From contig JANJGN010000011.1 of assembly GCA_026770705.1 (NCBI GenBank), positions 73,656,001 through 73,720,000 on the forward strand: a stretch of 64,000 nucleotides of DNA, written 5' to 3'. Below, in pieces: positions 26,396 to 38,110 of the stretch. This DNA is from Isurus oxyrinchus. Lineage: Eukaryota. The notes beneath the pieces are model-generated. The model ran no database searches. It had not been told where the DNA came from and was given only the letters and a program-made list of their open reading frames with translations. The position numbers and the translations under genes are program-made. Each line of letters starts with the position of its first letter. Position 1 is the first letter of the stretch.

Positions 26396-27059
26396 GGGCT
26401 GAATTTTTAGACCAAATTTGGGCATGTATGGAGGCAGGCAAATGAGCACGTATGTTTGCGCTGTTGCCTGATATTCCTATTCCCTGGTATTCCTATTCCC
26501 TGGCTCTATCCCGCCCTGGGCCATTTTCCCAGAGGTGAGATGGATGAGCAGCAGTTATCCACTTGGCAAGTGAAAGATAGCTAATTGCCCTCATTAAAAG
26601 CTATTAAAGCCTATTGTTAGATTTTCCAGTTGGCCAATAGGTCCCTGGAGGCATCAGGGAAGATTGCAGCTATCTGGAGGTAGCCATTTGGTGGAAGACC
26701 AAAGGGCAGTGCTCCAAGCAGACTTAGAGGCCCTCCCTGTCTGCCTTATTTCAGCTGTAGGCCACTCTGTGGAGGTGGCCTGGCTGCTGAGGACATTACT
26801 TAATTTAAAAAGTTGCAGAGAGGGCACCCTTCATTTTGGGGGGTCCTCTTCCTTACTTACCTGTAAGGGCAAGCTTCTGCTCCTTCAGTGCCAGAGCACC
26901 TATCATTGGCTCTCTAATTTTGAGAGCTTATCCACCACTCTTAATTGGATGGTGAGCCCACCCTCTGGCCACGTGACTGTTTCCCCACACGGTGCGGGCT
27001 TCTAATCCCTCTTTGAGCTTGAGGTCAGGATCCTGAAGCCCATGGGGAAAGTCTTGCCC
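26396..27059. mobile_element. Harbinger-like non-autonomous element
   Basis: Termini gggctgaatttt / gaaagtcttgccc, with an internal 16-bp tandem duplication tattcctattccctgg. Confidence 0.5.
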
Positions 27060-28074
27060 AAGATGTCGGAGTGAAATGTCCAATGTTTATGATTTTTGTA
27101 AACTTGTAAACAATGTTGGGTTCCTACATCGTGCAAAAAAAACCACCACTATAAATTTAAAAACTTAATCCTTATTGCTATTTATTTTTAAAACTGGACT
27201 TTTTCTGCTAAACAAATAAAATTAAGATAGCTGCTACAAGTCACCTGATGATAGGGTTGGTCCTCTGCCTGGGGGCTATGCCCAGGAGTTAAGGACAAAA
27301 TAATTCTTTCCTCAGTTTCTGGAATATCACGCTTTGTTGTGCCTAAACAGATACTTTCAGACTCACGCCATACCTGGGACTGTTCAGACCAATTTCAAAG
27401 AGAACTACAGAGATGTAATTTTCACTTGATAAGCCAACCTTGCTAGTGGAGTCAATGGATCTGCTTGAGACAATGGCTTTCCAAATGCCACACCCTCAAC
27501 ATAGATGGCATCCCTTTCAACAACAAATGGCTGAGACATTATGAGTCCTGAAATCAAATTCAATTCCAGACATGTAGAAACATCCCTTCTGAAGTCATTG
27601 TGGAGCAGGAAGGTAACATGACCCAAGCCTCCAGTCTTTTGGATAGTTTGATATCACATCTCTGGTCTGCACAGCCAGTCTGTCGTTTTAACACCAACTA
27701 GAAAGAACTCCAGCAGCCAGGCTGGGTAAGCAGTCTCAACTCCACAAAGCCTGCTCGAGTCTAAAAGTCTCTGCTTAAGGCTTGCCAAGTGGTTTAAAAA
27801 CAGGAAAGCCCCTCGTGCAGCAGCATGATTCAATTCAAGTGCTTTTATTTCATTTAACCAGCCAGAAACACATCGGAATGGAACCCCACCAGGAAGGAAA
27901 CACCCTCTGGACAGATTCTTTGGACTCTGGAACTCAGGTGAATTAATATTCATTTTCTGTGGTCCTTGCGCTGCAGAACTCATTTCCTCTATCTCCCCAC
28001 CTTTACTGTATGTTTAGAGCGGAGCGTTGCAAACGCTCTTTTTTTCCAGGGTTGAATGTGTGAAATGAACTTAC

Positions 28075-28138
28075 CTTCTGAGTTAATCCTAACCGGGGTT
28101 TGCTGTGGATTATTAGTAAAATTGGGAAAACACGCCAT
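28075..28138 (-). CDS. Candidate alternative internal first coding exon of GAB2 (MACFPNFTNNPQQTPVRINSE+G)
   Basis: Strong Kozak context gctATGG, 21 codons plus 1 nt, then a consensus donor AAG|GTAAGT. Phase 1 equals the phase of the PH exon donor. There is an in-frame TAA upstream, and it sits in a TE-free island that retains CpGs. Confidence 0.4.
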
Positions 28139-28519
28139 AGCCTACTCTTTTAAAAATTAGTTCAAAACACCTGCTTACAGACAGGTGGTAAGAGGAAATC
28201 AGCACAGGTTGAACTGTTCCTCTCCCGTCCGTAACAACAAATTCTTCATATACATGAATTATGATTTTGTGACAGCACCCCTATAACTGATTTACTATTA
28301 TCTGCACTCTTTTTGGTTCTTTCATGAAAGAACATTTGCATAAAACAGCTGATTTAAGCATAAATGACTCCAGCTCAAAGTGCAATTCAGGTGGCTGCCA
28401 TCATAAAAGCAAATTAGCAATATAAATTTAAAATATATTTACGCTCACAAGTCAGTGCCATGGAAGATGTCTGCCAACCACACTGCGTGCTGCAGTTTTA
28501 TGGAGAACAATTAAGATAC

Positions 28520-31484
28520 TGTTATAGAGTTGATTTTCCAGGCAACTTTTCTTGGTGGACACATTTAACTTTATTTACATGGCAGCAGCAGCAACTACAC
28601 GTGTGCATCACACTCTATAACTAAAGAAGAACTCACTCCTAGAGGTTTCCTGTGATGCTAGCCTATTGGGCTATACAGATCATGTGATCTTACAGCACAG
28701 GATTATTCTTAAAGCTACAGTCTTATGTTTATCAGAACTCTAATTACTACGTTCCTCCCCCTTTAACTTTTCTCTACACTTTGTATTTATAAGAATATTT
28801 ATCTCAAGACATTACAATATTTACACAGGTCATAAAATTACAGGTTTGCTCTTTCAGGTGGTTTCCTGCTCCATGTGGAACTTCATAGCTCCACGCCAAT
28901 TCTTTTGCAGGAATCACATTCTCTGGAACCGCATTATCAGATACCTCATTACAGACATGCAGTTCAGTGTCTTCCACTCTGACAGAGACAGAGGTTGGGC
29001 ATGCCTATCCTTGTTTGAGAAACTTCAACAGGAACCACAGGTTCAACAATGGTTACAGGCAGAACATCATTTTGTTGGGGGTATCTCCCCACTTCTTAAA
29101 TGATCCACATGCCTACAGGTGGATCCAGCCCTCCACTTCCATGTGGCATCACAATGGTCCAGTCACAGAGCTTACTTTACTAGGTAACCATTTCAGTTGT
29201 CTGCCAAAATTCCTTACATATGCTGCTTCTTCAACAGTAAATTGTCACTCCCGAATACACAAAATCATGAGTCGCCTTTTGGTTCCCTTGACTGTTCTCC
29301 ACCTTCCCCTCTAAATTGGGAAGTATTAAGCTTCGTCTTATTCGAAGATGGTGCCTCATCAGTAATTCTGCATCCTCTTTCTATGTGTCACCATCTTTTT
29401 AACACAGAATTTAGTCTCAGCCTTCTTTTTGACTTCTTTTTGTCAGCCAGACTTTGCTCAGATGCAATCTCAACTTGTCTTAGTTCAGTAGTTGAGCTAC
29501 CCATGACTTCATTATCTATTCACATCTTGGAAAGTTCTACAACTTTTCCTTTCAAGGACTCTTTAGCTTCATTCAGCTGATTCTTCAGCTCTTCTGTCTC
29601 ATTCTTGTATCTGTTGGCTTCCTCCTGGAACCTTGAGTGACTGTTTCTCTTCATAATTTTCCAGAGGTACAAACTTTGACTGGAGGGATCCTTGTAGTGT
29701 GTGAAGGTCTTTCAACAGGTTTTCCTTTTCTTTGCGAAGCTCACTTGCTTCAAATTGAATTCTGCCATTCAGCAGAGTCTCCTTGGGTTTCTTCTGCTGT
29801 TCTTCCATGTCGTTGTTTAAGACAGTCTTCATTTCTTCAGGTTGCTGAATGCTTACACAATTCCTTTTCATCCTGTTGTGGTTCTTGGACACTCCAGGCT
29901 CTTTCTGAAGTACCTTTGTTCCTTTTTCAACTCAGGAACTCTTCCAGCTTCCTTTTGAAATCTCACTAGCCAATCAAGGTTAATTTCTCTCAACCAGTTT
30001 TGACCTAGAAGGCTTTGTCCTCTGCCTTCTAATACCATCACTGGTTGCTATGACTATGGGTGTCTATAATGAACAGTTACTCTGGTGATACCTTTCACCT
30101 GGATTTCATCACCGGTGTGTGTTTTCAACTTGGCAGATGTTTGTTCCAAATGTTATTGTTGATCACTTTTATTTATTTGAAAGTGTGTTTTCCTATTACA
30201 GTGGTAGAAGCACCCGTGCCTACTTCCATTTTTAATGGTTTACCATTCACTTGCACTGTGACAATAATTGGCTCTGTCTTCCCAACTTTCAAGCTGAATA
30301 ATGAATAAATGTCAGAAGTGGTTGTTTCTAGCTCTTCTACACTATATACTTCATTGGATTTTGATTGCTGCCTGGAAGCAACCTCACTTTGCAACGTTTC
30401 AATATGTGTCCACTTCTATGACAAAAATAACACCCTATCTTTTTAAATTGCCAATCATTAGGAGTGTGATTGTTTCTAGTTCAATGAAAATAAGTTTTCA
30501 ACTTTGCTGCTAAGCTGTTTCCTCTAAGTTTTTGGTTAGCGGGGGCTGTTTCCCACTTCGTGGTGGAGCCCTGGCTTTTTGTGCCACTTTTGGCTGACTA
30601 CTACCTCCAGCTAGGAGAATGGTGTCATTTGAATCTCTTGTGGATCCCTTACAGCACTTTCCATCATAAGCACTATTTCTAACGCTTTCTTAAAATCAAG
30701 ATCCACTTTAGCGAACAATCTTCGCAGAATAGCATCCTCCTGCATGCCACATACCAAATGATCCTTGAGCATATCATTCAGGGATTAACCAAAATTACAA
30801 TATTCCATTAACATTAGTTGTTTTAATTTCACCATGTAGATAACAATGGTCTCCCCCGGGGCTCTATTCCGTGAATTGAACCCGAACCTCTGCATTATGA
30901 CCAAGGGCTTGGGTTGGAACTGTCCCTTAATGAGGTCTACTAATTCACTGAAAGTCTTTAAATCTGGGGCACTGGGGGTTGTTAAGCTTTGAATTAAATT
31001 GTGGGTCTTGCTCCCACAAATACTCAGGAGAATCACTTTCCTCTTTTCCTTCCACATGATTTTGTTGGCTTGAAAGTGGAATTCAAGATGTTCTACATAT
31101 TGAGACCAGTCATCTGTGGTTGGCTCAAATGGATTGATTCTGCCAAACTGTGGCATCTCAGATGACTATACCTTCCTTTCTTTTTAATTATCTTAGATTC
31201 TCACAATCACTGGGTGAGGTACAGCACCAGAACTGATTTATCCTCATCACCAGTTTGATATTGAGTTGGTTTTCCAGGCAACTTTTCTTGGTGGGCACAT
31301 TTAACTTTATTTAAAAGACAGCAGCAGCCATTACATGTGTGCATCCAACTCTATAAGTAAAGAAGAACTCTCCCCTGGAGGCTCCCTGTGCTGCTAATCC
31401 ATTGGTTTGCAAAGGTCATGTGATTTTACAGCACAGGATTATTCTTAAAGCTGCAATCCTACATTTATCAGAACTATAATTACA
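28520..31484 (-). mobile_element. Degenerate Gypsy LTR element copy 2 (same family as 17766-21532), non-autonomous, with a foreign insert
   Basis: LTRs 28520-28751 and 31256-31484, TSD gatac/ggtac, PBS TGGTGATGAGGAT (31240-31252), PPT 28752-28771. Gag MPQFGRINPFEPTTDDWSQYVEHLEFHFQAN, protease PLKMEVGTGAS, and only the integrase C-terminus. Confidence 0.93.
29372..29945 (-). pseudogene. Captured coiled-coil coding fragment (UACA/RAI14/ANKRD24/ANKRD35-like) inside Gypsy copy 2
   Basis: Reads CVSIQQPEEMKTVLNNDMEEQQKK...ELRKEKENLLKDLHTLQGSLQSKFVPLENYEEKQ, then after a frameshift FQEEANRYKNETEELKNQLNEAKESLKGKVVELSK. It is absent from sister copy 1. Confidence 0.55.
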
Positions 31485-32104
31485 GGTACAGACAGTCATT
31501 TTCAACACTGGACTAGGTAATGGATTTGGAGGCACAATAAGGAGTACAGCCATACAAATTAGTTATTTTTACAATTGATAATCAGAGTTAATACAAAACA
31601 CCCTGATGGAAGGAAATTCAAGCAAGAAAAACAAAGCAATTATTGTTTTTTATCGTATAGTAAAACGCTTTTAAGGGCAGACTCTATTGAAACTGCATTC
31701 CTTGCATTAATAGCTGTGCTCCATAACAAGATACACCATTTTGTGTTGTGGCAGAATGTTTTTAATGATAGGGAATAAACTGGGATAAATTACATTAAAA
31801 CAGTAAGCAGAACATTCAGGATAATTATATTAATGGCAAAAACTATAAAGCGAAGTCCAGCATTCTATACACTGCTCTGTGCAACATGCTTTCTGCTAGC
31901 TCCTAATACACAGCGTAGATCTACTTCACAGATTTCCACCTCCGTGTGACTGCTCAGATATCTCAATTAGATTGTTAAAAGTTTCCTTCTGTGTGCGTGC
32001 ATTGCTCTGTTAATGTGACATCCTTCTGATTGGTCAGATTGCATAACCGGAGAGAAAACAGACCTCCACGGTGTAATTCTTGATTGGGAATGATCAAATC
32101 AGAG

Positions 32105-32260
32105 CAATAGCACTCTTGGCTCTTAATAGGAAGCTCATGGATTCAAGCAGCAGTATAGAGATCTGGATAATCTAGTACACACCTCAGTGCAGTACTGAAG
32201 GAGTGCTGTGCTGTCAGAGATGTTATCTTTAGACTGAGACAGCGAACAAGTCTACCCACT
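32105..32260 (+). mobile_element. DeuSINE 5' fragment
   Basis: tagcactcttggctct..gtgcagtactgaaggagtgctgtgctgtcagag matches the heads at 4455 and 61050. Confidence 0.55.
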
Positions 32261-32539
32261 CACTGGGCGAGTTTTCAATTCCAGGGTCAGAACCCCGATG
32301 TCGCAATGGTCTCCATGTCCTGACCCCATATCGAAGCAGAAATGAGCATGCGTCTCTCTCTTAATTTGAAAATTCCTCATTCAACTGGCCAGCAGTCATG
32401 TTTGCCTCCCGATTCGCAGTGGCAGATTAGGGAAAGAGGTGGGACTAATCCAGCAGCGGGCCGAATTTAAAGGGCCGGAGGCAGCTGTTGCTGAAGTTGT
32501 CATTCACCTGGAAAATAGCATCAATCAGAGCAGACGTAG

Positions 32540-32912
32540 GAAGGTGGTGGCATTGTGGTAATGTTACTGGACTAGTAATCCAGAGGCCCAGGCTGATGAT
32601 CTGGGGACACAGGTTGAAATCCCACTATGGTAGCTTGTGGAATTTAAGTTCAATTAACATATCTGGAACTAAAAACTAGTCTTGGTAATGGTGACCATGA
32701 AACCATTGTTGATTGCTGTAACAACTGTCTGGTTCACTAATGCCTTTTAAGGAAGGAAATCTGCTGTCCTTACTTGGTCTGGCCTACATGTGACTCCAGT
32801 CCATCAGCAATGTGGTTGACTCTTAAATGCCATCTGAACAAGGGCAACTAGGGAGGGGTAATAATTGCTGGCCTAGCAGTGATGCCCACATTCCATGAAT
32901 GAATAAAAAAAA
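32540..32912 (+). mobile_element. tRNA-headed SINE or internally deleted LINE derivative
   Basis: The head and body match 16625-16920 (ggtctggcctacatg.gac..). The tail agggcaactagggagggg..atgaatgaataaaaaaaa matches the LINE tail at 9590-9630. Confidence 0.7.
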
Positions 32913-33039
32913 TGATCAGTCGGGCTTGCAGTTTGGCTCACTTTAGCATGCTAGAAGCAACATATATTCACACACAGGACCCTGTTCTTTGCAAACAAAA
33001 AACATTTCCATGCATTGCACCTTTTTCAACTAAACAAAA

Positions 33040-33310
33040 GCTTGGGGAACAGCCATTCCCTGGTTCATTCTCCATGTCAATGCCTTGACCAGAGTCCACC
33101 TGCCTGGTTTGAATTTAAACAAAATCTTGGCAGTTAACTGTTCACTGGTGCATTCTCCATGGCAACACCTCTACCAATCAGAGTCCACTTGCTAACCAAT
33201 CATCACTCTTTTTTTATGCAGCATAAATTGTTGTTCCCTTTACCATTGGTATTCTTGTACATCTGTTCTGATGAGTGCAAGACAAAAAACTTTGAAAGCA
33301 TGTCTCTTTA
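33040..33310 (+). mobile_element. Penelope-type pseudo-LTR or retrozyme-like remnant with a decayed hammerhead
   Basis: Duplicated ccatg.caa..cc..acc(aatc)agagtccac motifs and two CCAAT boxes, then CTGATGA-GT-GCAAG-AC-AAAA (GAAA expected) at 33268-33287. Confidence 0.5.
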
Positions 33311-33638
33311 TTAAGCTCCGTATTAGCAAACGGCTACTGTATATTCTTCACCCCTCGATTCCATATCTGACTATCCCCACCCAGCCAGTTGGTTCGCTAC
33401 ACACAAGGTCGTTATGTATGGTTCCAATATGATTAAACAAATGTGGAGGAATCTGTTCTCTGATGTAAAAACACAATTTCCAGGAGCCAACTCATACATA
33501 AAGCGACGTGCTTCTTCTTCAGAAATCCAAGTATTATTCTGATATGGGTATGGAGAGCAAATTTTTTTCTAGTGAATGAATTCTTAATATTGTGCATTTA
33601 GTTTTAGCCCAGTGAACAGGAGATAAGACAAACACCTA

Positions 33639-34330
33639 GGCCAGAATTTTCTTGGCTGGGGTTAAGTCCTGAAGTTGGGACCATATGTGGATTCAGAGCC
33701 AGCGCAGGCAGTCAGTGGGACTGTGGTGGCAATCTTTCTGGTGGCAGTCTTTTAACTGGCTGCCACCAAATCCATGGTCCAATTAATGAGGACAAGCTGG
33801 CTGCCCATGCTGCCAGCATAACCTGAGGGCCAGTAGTTCTGCAGCCCTGTGCCACCGTGAGAGGTGGCCACTGCTAAGTCTGCAATGTGGTCTCGCAAGA
33901 GAGGAAGACAATTCATTTTTCAGTCAGGGCCAAGCAGGCAGGCCCCAGCATTTGGAAAGGGAGCATTCCAGTGGCAATGTTGGGCTGCCGATGACCTTCT
34001 CCTCAGGCCTTGGAACCTCCAACTCAAATGAACCCTCCAGGAGGTTGCAGGAAGGCTTCCTCCATGCAACTGGTGGTCTCCCCAGGCAGCAGGGAGCCAG
34101 TCTGCCACCTGAAAAATGGCATTGGCCTCAGAAGATAGCCCTCCATTAGACTTTTGATTGGCTAAATTGGCCGTCTGCTTCTGGTTGGTGGGCGGTTGAG
34201 CCCCTGTTTCGGGAAACTTCCCCTGCAGTGGGACCGCATCAGAGAACTATTGCAATACAACTCCCCAGCAATACAACTCCGCCCTCCTAATCTCCAAGCC
34301 TGCCACTCAGGGCTTGGTTAAATCTAGCCC
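33639..34330. mobile_element. Harbinger-like non-autonomous element
   Basis: Termini ggccagaatttt / taaatctagccc with a GC-rich interior. Confidence 0.5.
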
Positions 34331-36152
34331 ATACTGTTGAAATGGTATTAGAAGAAAAACTGCCTTGAGGGAGAAGAAAGGAGAAAGAGAGAGAGGGAGG
34401 GAGCATGGCAGAAAGTGTTGCAAGATTCTTGAAAAAGATCCACATGAGGTAGGGGCGGGGGTGTGTCAGGAAGAAACTCTTAAGGGAGAGAGAAAGAAAT
34501 TTTGTTCACTTGGATGGGGAAAGGGAGAAAGGGAGAAAGATGGGTTTTACTGAAAACAGGTGGGGTGGTTGCTATTGGAGATGGCGAGCCCCATGTTCAA
34601 ATAACAGCATACCCTTAAACTGACAGTGATCATCATCAGGGAAGATTCACCAGCCATAATTTTTAAGAGTCTGAGGGAATTAAAATTCACATTGGGCTTC
34701 TTTGATTAGGGAGGGGAGAGAAAGATCATACAGGATTCCTGCTTTTGATTATGATCCGGAATGCACTCCTGGAAAAAGCCACATTTGTGGACATTAAGTC
34801 ACAGACAATCAAAGTGCCTTCTCAAAATCTATCTTTTAACATAAAACAGGAGACTGCCATTTTGTCTTCCATAACCAACTAACAAAATTGCATCGTCAGA
34901 AATTGTGCACTTTAAACTGCACATTCCCACAATTTCAGTAGAGGGTCAGTAATTTAGAAGGAAAAAAGCATTCTCCTGTGTTTTGTGTGTTATAAAAAGA
35001 GCTTTGGGACCTTGCTATCATGACTCACACATGAAGAATGACCACCTGGAAGCAGTACCAGAGGACTGCTGGCACCTGTGGGTCTCTAACAAAAGGCATT
35101 GTTTTTCACAGGGGAGGGCAAATTAAACAGAAAGTCAGACAAATGCTGAACATGTAAATATGAGCTCTGGAGGTTATGTTTTAATCTCTTCCAACAAAAT
35201 CAGCCTTACTTTAAAATGTTTTTTTCTTAATATAATTATCAGAAAAACTGGAAAAGTCCATGCCCAAGGGAAAATTCAATTCTTTTATGCTTATGTCACA
35301 TGTCTGGTGAAAAATAATTTCCTCTGCAGATTCCTTATAGATGTATGAAAACATAATTGTCTATTTAAAAAAAGCTGTTAAGAAAATGAAATATTCACCT
35401 GATCTGAATAGATTTGCCTTATAATAATTATTAAAAATACAACAATATTGTTAAAAGCTTAGGAATCCGATAACTGCTTATGCTCAGGAATCAAAATAAA
35501 CATTCTCTTTCTCTCATATATGTTGTCACAATATTCAGTAATTCTTCAATTTAAATTACCTAGGTAAATATTTCTAATGTGAATTTCCCATGCAAAAGCT
35601 CAATGCAGTTGGAGGCTGCATTTGACTGACTGATTCCCCATTTTGATCTGCCAGCTCTTCTGCTTTCACCTTCTTAACCTTCAGCCCCATTCCTTGGCCA
35701 GCTGCCTGATCTCTGAGCTGCTGCTTCCATCTCAACCCTTTCTAGGCATTCTTCCAGATCCCCTGCTGCTTTGCTCTTAAATTTAAAAAGGTATTATGCA
35801 TGTTCCCAACACAGCTGAAACTCTAGGCTGCTCTTCTGACCCAATACTGACTCGCCCAGTCTTCAGCTGGCCCTTCCAGCCTCCTATCCCCCTTTAACTA
35901 TTCCAGCCCTTGCATGGGAGACCCATAAATGTAATAGAAAGAAAACAGAAAATCAAGAATGATTAAAAGTCAGTAATCACATTGGAGGATTCAAATGATG
36001 CCGGAAACTGGGGAAAAATGTTAAAGCACCTTCTAAACATCATCTAACCCCACCTGATGAGATTACAGCTTTAGAGTCACTTGCATGTCTCTACTATTTT
36101 TACAATGCATAATATGGAGATGGAGAGAACGATTCTAATGTATCTTGAGGGA

Positions 36153-36565
36153 TTAAGACCATAAGACATAGGAGCAGAAATTAGGCCATTCGACCCATCG
36201 AGTCTGCTCCGCCATTCAATCATGGCTGATAAGTTTCTCAACCCCGTTCTCCCGTCTTCTCCCCGTAACCTTTGATTCCCTTACCAATCAAGAACCTATC
36301 TATCTCGGTCTTAAATACACTCAATGACCTGGCCTCCACAGCCTTCTGTGGCAATGAATTCCATTGATTCACCACTCTCTGGCTAAAGAAGTTTCTCCTC
36401 ATCTCTGTTCTAAAAGGTCTTCCCTTTACTCTGAGGCTGTGCCCTCGGGTCCTAGGCTCTCCTACTAATGGAAACATCTTCCCCACGTCCACTCTATCCA
36501 GGCCTTTCAGTATTCTGTAAGTTTCAATCAGATCCCTCCTTATCCTTCTAAACTCCATCGAGTAT
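36153..36565 (-). mobile_element. Young CR1 3' fragment
   Basis: Reads LYSMEFRRIRRDLIETYRILKGLDRVD...FFSQRVVNQWNSLP and is nearly identical to 61170-61583. Confidence 0.93.
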
Positions 36566-36733
36566 AAACGAAGAGTAACAGGAGTAACAACAACCATCAT
36601 GCTCATCAATAATGGCTCTGTAGTTAATGAGTCTACTGAAAGATTATTGATTTTAAAATTATTACCTTAAATCTTCCAAATTAATGATCTATGTTTAATT
36701 CATTTTAAACAATAGCATGAAACAATTGGTTAA

Positions 36734-38110
36734 GGCTGGAAATTGCGTGCGGGATCGCAATGGATGATTGACCCATGCCCGTTTGTTACGATGCAGGCAG
36801 TATGCAAACTGCATGCAGCCTCCTAATTTTAATGGCATTGACGTTCTGTTCGACACCAAATGTGCCACTGAGTGGCTGTACAGCGTAGCAGGGCGCCCAA
36901 GCATATTTAAGCATCACTTAAAGGGGCAGTGCTTTCTGGTCACAACATTATTGGAAGTGGTTGGAGAAGGCTGCCTGGTCTGTATGAAAAGTGAATATGG
37001 TACAACAGAACAGAATGTGCACTCTGAAGTTCTCTGAAGACCTTGGTGCAGCAAGCGTACAGGTGAAGGGACAGGATGTCCTCCAAGAAGGCAGTGGGAG
37101 CAGATAGTTTTGATGGTCATGGTCATGGTCATGCCAGTAGTGTAGCCTCAAAGACCAGGAGGCAGTGCCACAAGATGTTCAGTTACCTCACACAAGCAGT
37201 CAAGGTGGGTGAATATTTAAATGTCATATTCCACCAGCTTAACAACTAGTGTCACACACTCATGCTTCCAATTCATACTTCATGCTTATAAGTTCATCTG
37301 ACCCTCACATAAATAACAATGCTGCCACCAGCTATTTAACCATGACAAAACACATTACGCCACACTCCCTCTCTCTTGCAGGATAAGGTGGTATACTACC
37401 TCAGGCAGCAACCCCTGACTGGTAAGTATTGATGTACATTCTCACCCTGATGGAGTAGATGGTGCTAATCAGCAGCGGAATAGAAATGACTGAGGTCATG
37501 GTCATTGGCAGAGCTGAAACCGTTGAAAGTGACAGCACATTTAGATCATCAATATAAGATAGTCCAAATGGGAATTCAGAAGAAAATTCTTTACCAAAGA
37601 GCAGTGAGAATGTGGAAATCACTACCCCAGGGTATGGATGAAGTAAATATTATGGATGCATTTACAGAGTAACAAGATATGAATGAAAAGGGACTAGAGG
37701 GTTAGAATGTTAGATTTAGATGAGGGAAGATGGGATGAGGCTCAAGTGGAGCATAAATACTGGCATGGACTAGTTGGGTCAAATGGCCTGTTCTGTACCC
37801 TATATTCTATGCAATCCAATGACCTTGTCTACCCTTTCACATCTCTCTTCGCCCTCATCCCATAATCTCTTCTGATCTACAAGCTGCAGATTGTGTAAGT
37901 ATGCACCTCTTGCTTTCCCTTACCACAACCCTATCCTTGTGCCTTTCTCTATACAGGTATCCAAGAACAGCCATCTGGCCAGGCACTGGAGCACAATCAA
38001 GAACTGGAAGTGGAAGAGGGGAATGATGATGATGAAACAACGCCGCTCGATCTCACATTCACAGTCATTAGCTCAGATACGGGCACTGCATGTTTAGCTG
38101 TAGTCGTGAG
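36734..38110 (+). mobile_element. Harbinger remnant with an intron-containing Myb/SANT (NAIF1/MSANTD-like) accessory gene
   Basis: Reads RRQWEQIV..ASSVASKTRRQCHKMFSYLTQAVK|gt, then acceptor ctctcttgcag|DKVVYYLRQQPLTG..ILTLME*MVLI, and later DDETTPLDLTFTVISSDTGT. It starts with a ggctggaaatt terminus. Confidence 0.6.

Noticed and set aside
27405-27983. Two minus-strand ORFs (73 and 109 aa) in unique DNA
   Set aside because: No recognisable homology to GAB2 or any other protein, and no convincing splice sites.
28022-28045. Hairpin GAGCGTT-GCA-AACGCTC followed by T7, resembling a bacterial intrinsic terminator
   Set aside because: It lies in a eukaryotic intron with no bacterial genes nearby, so it is probably chance or part of the local regulatory island.
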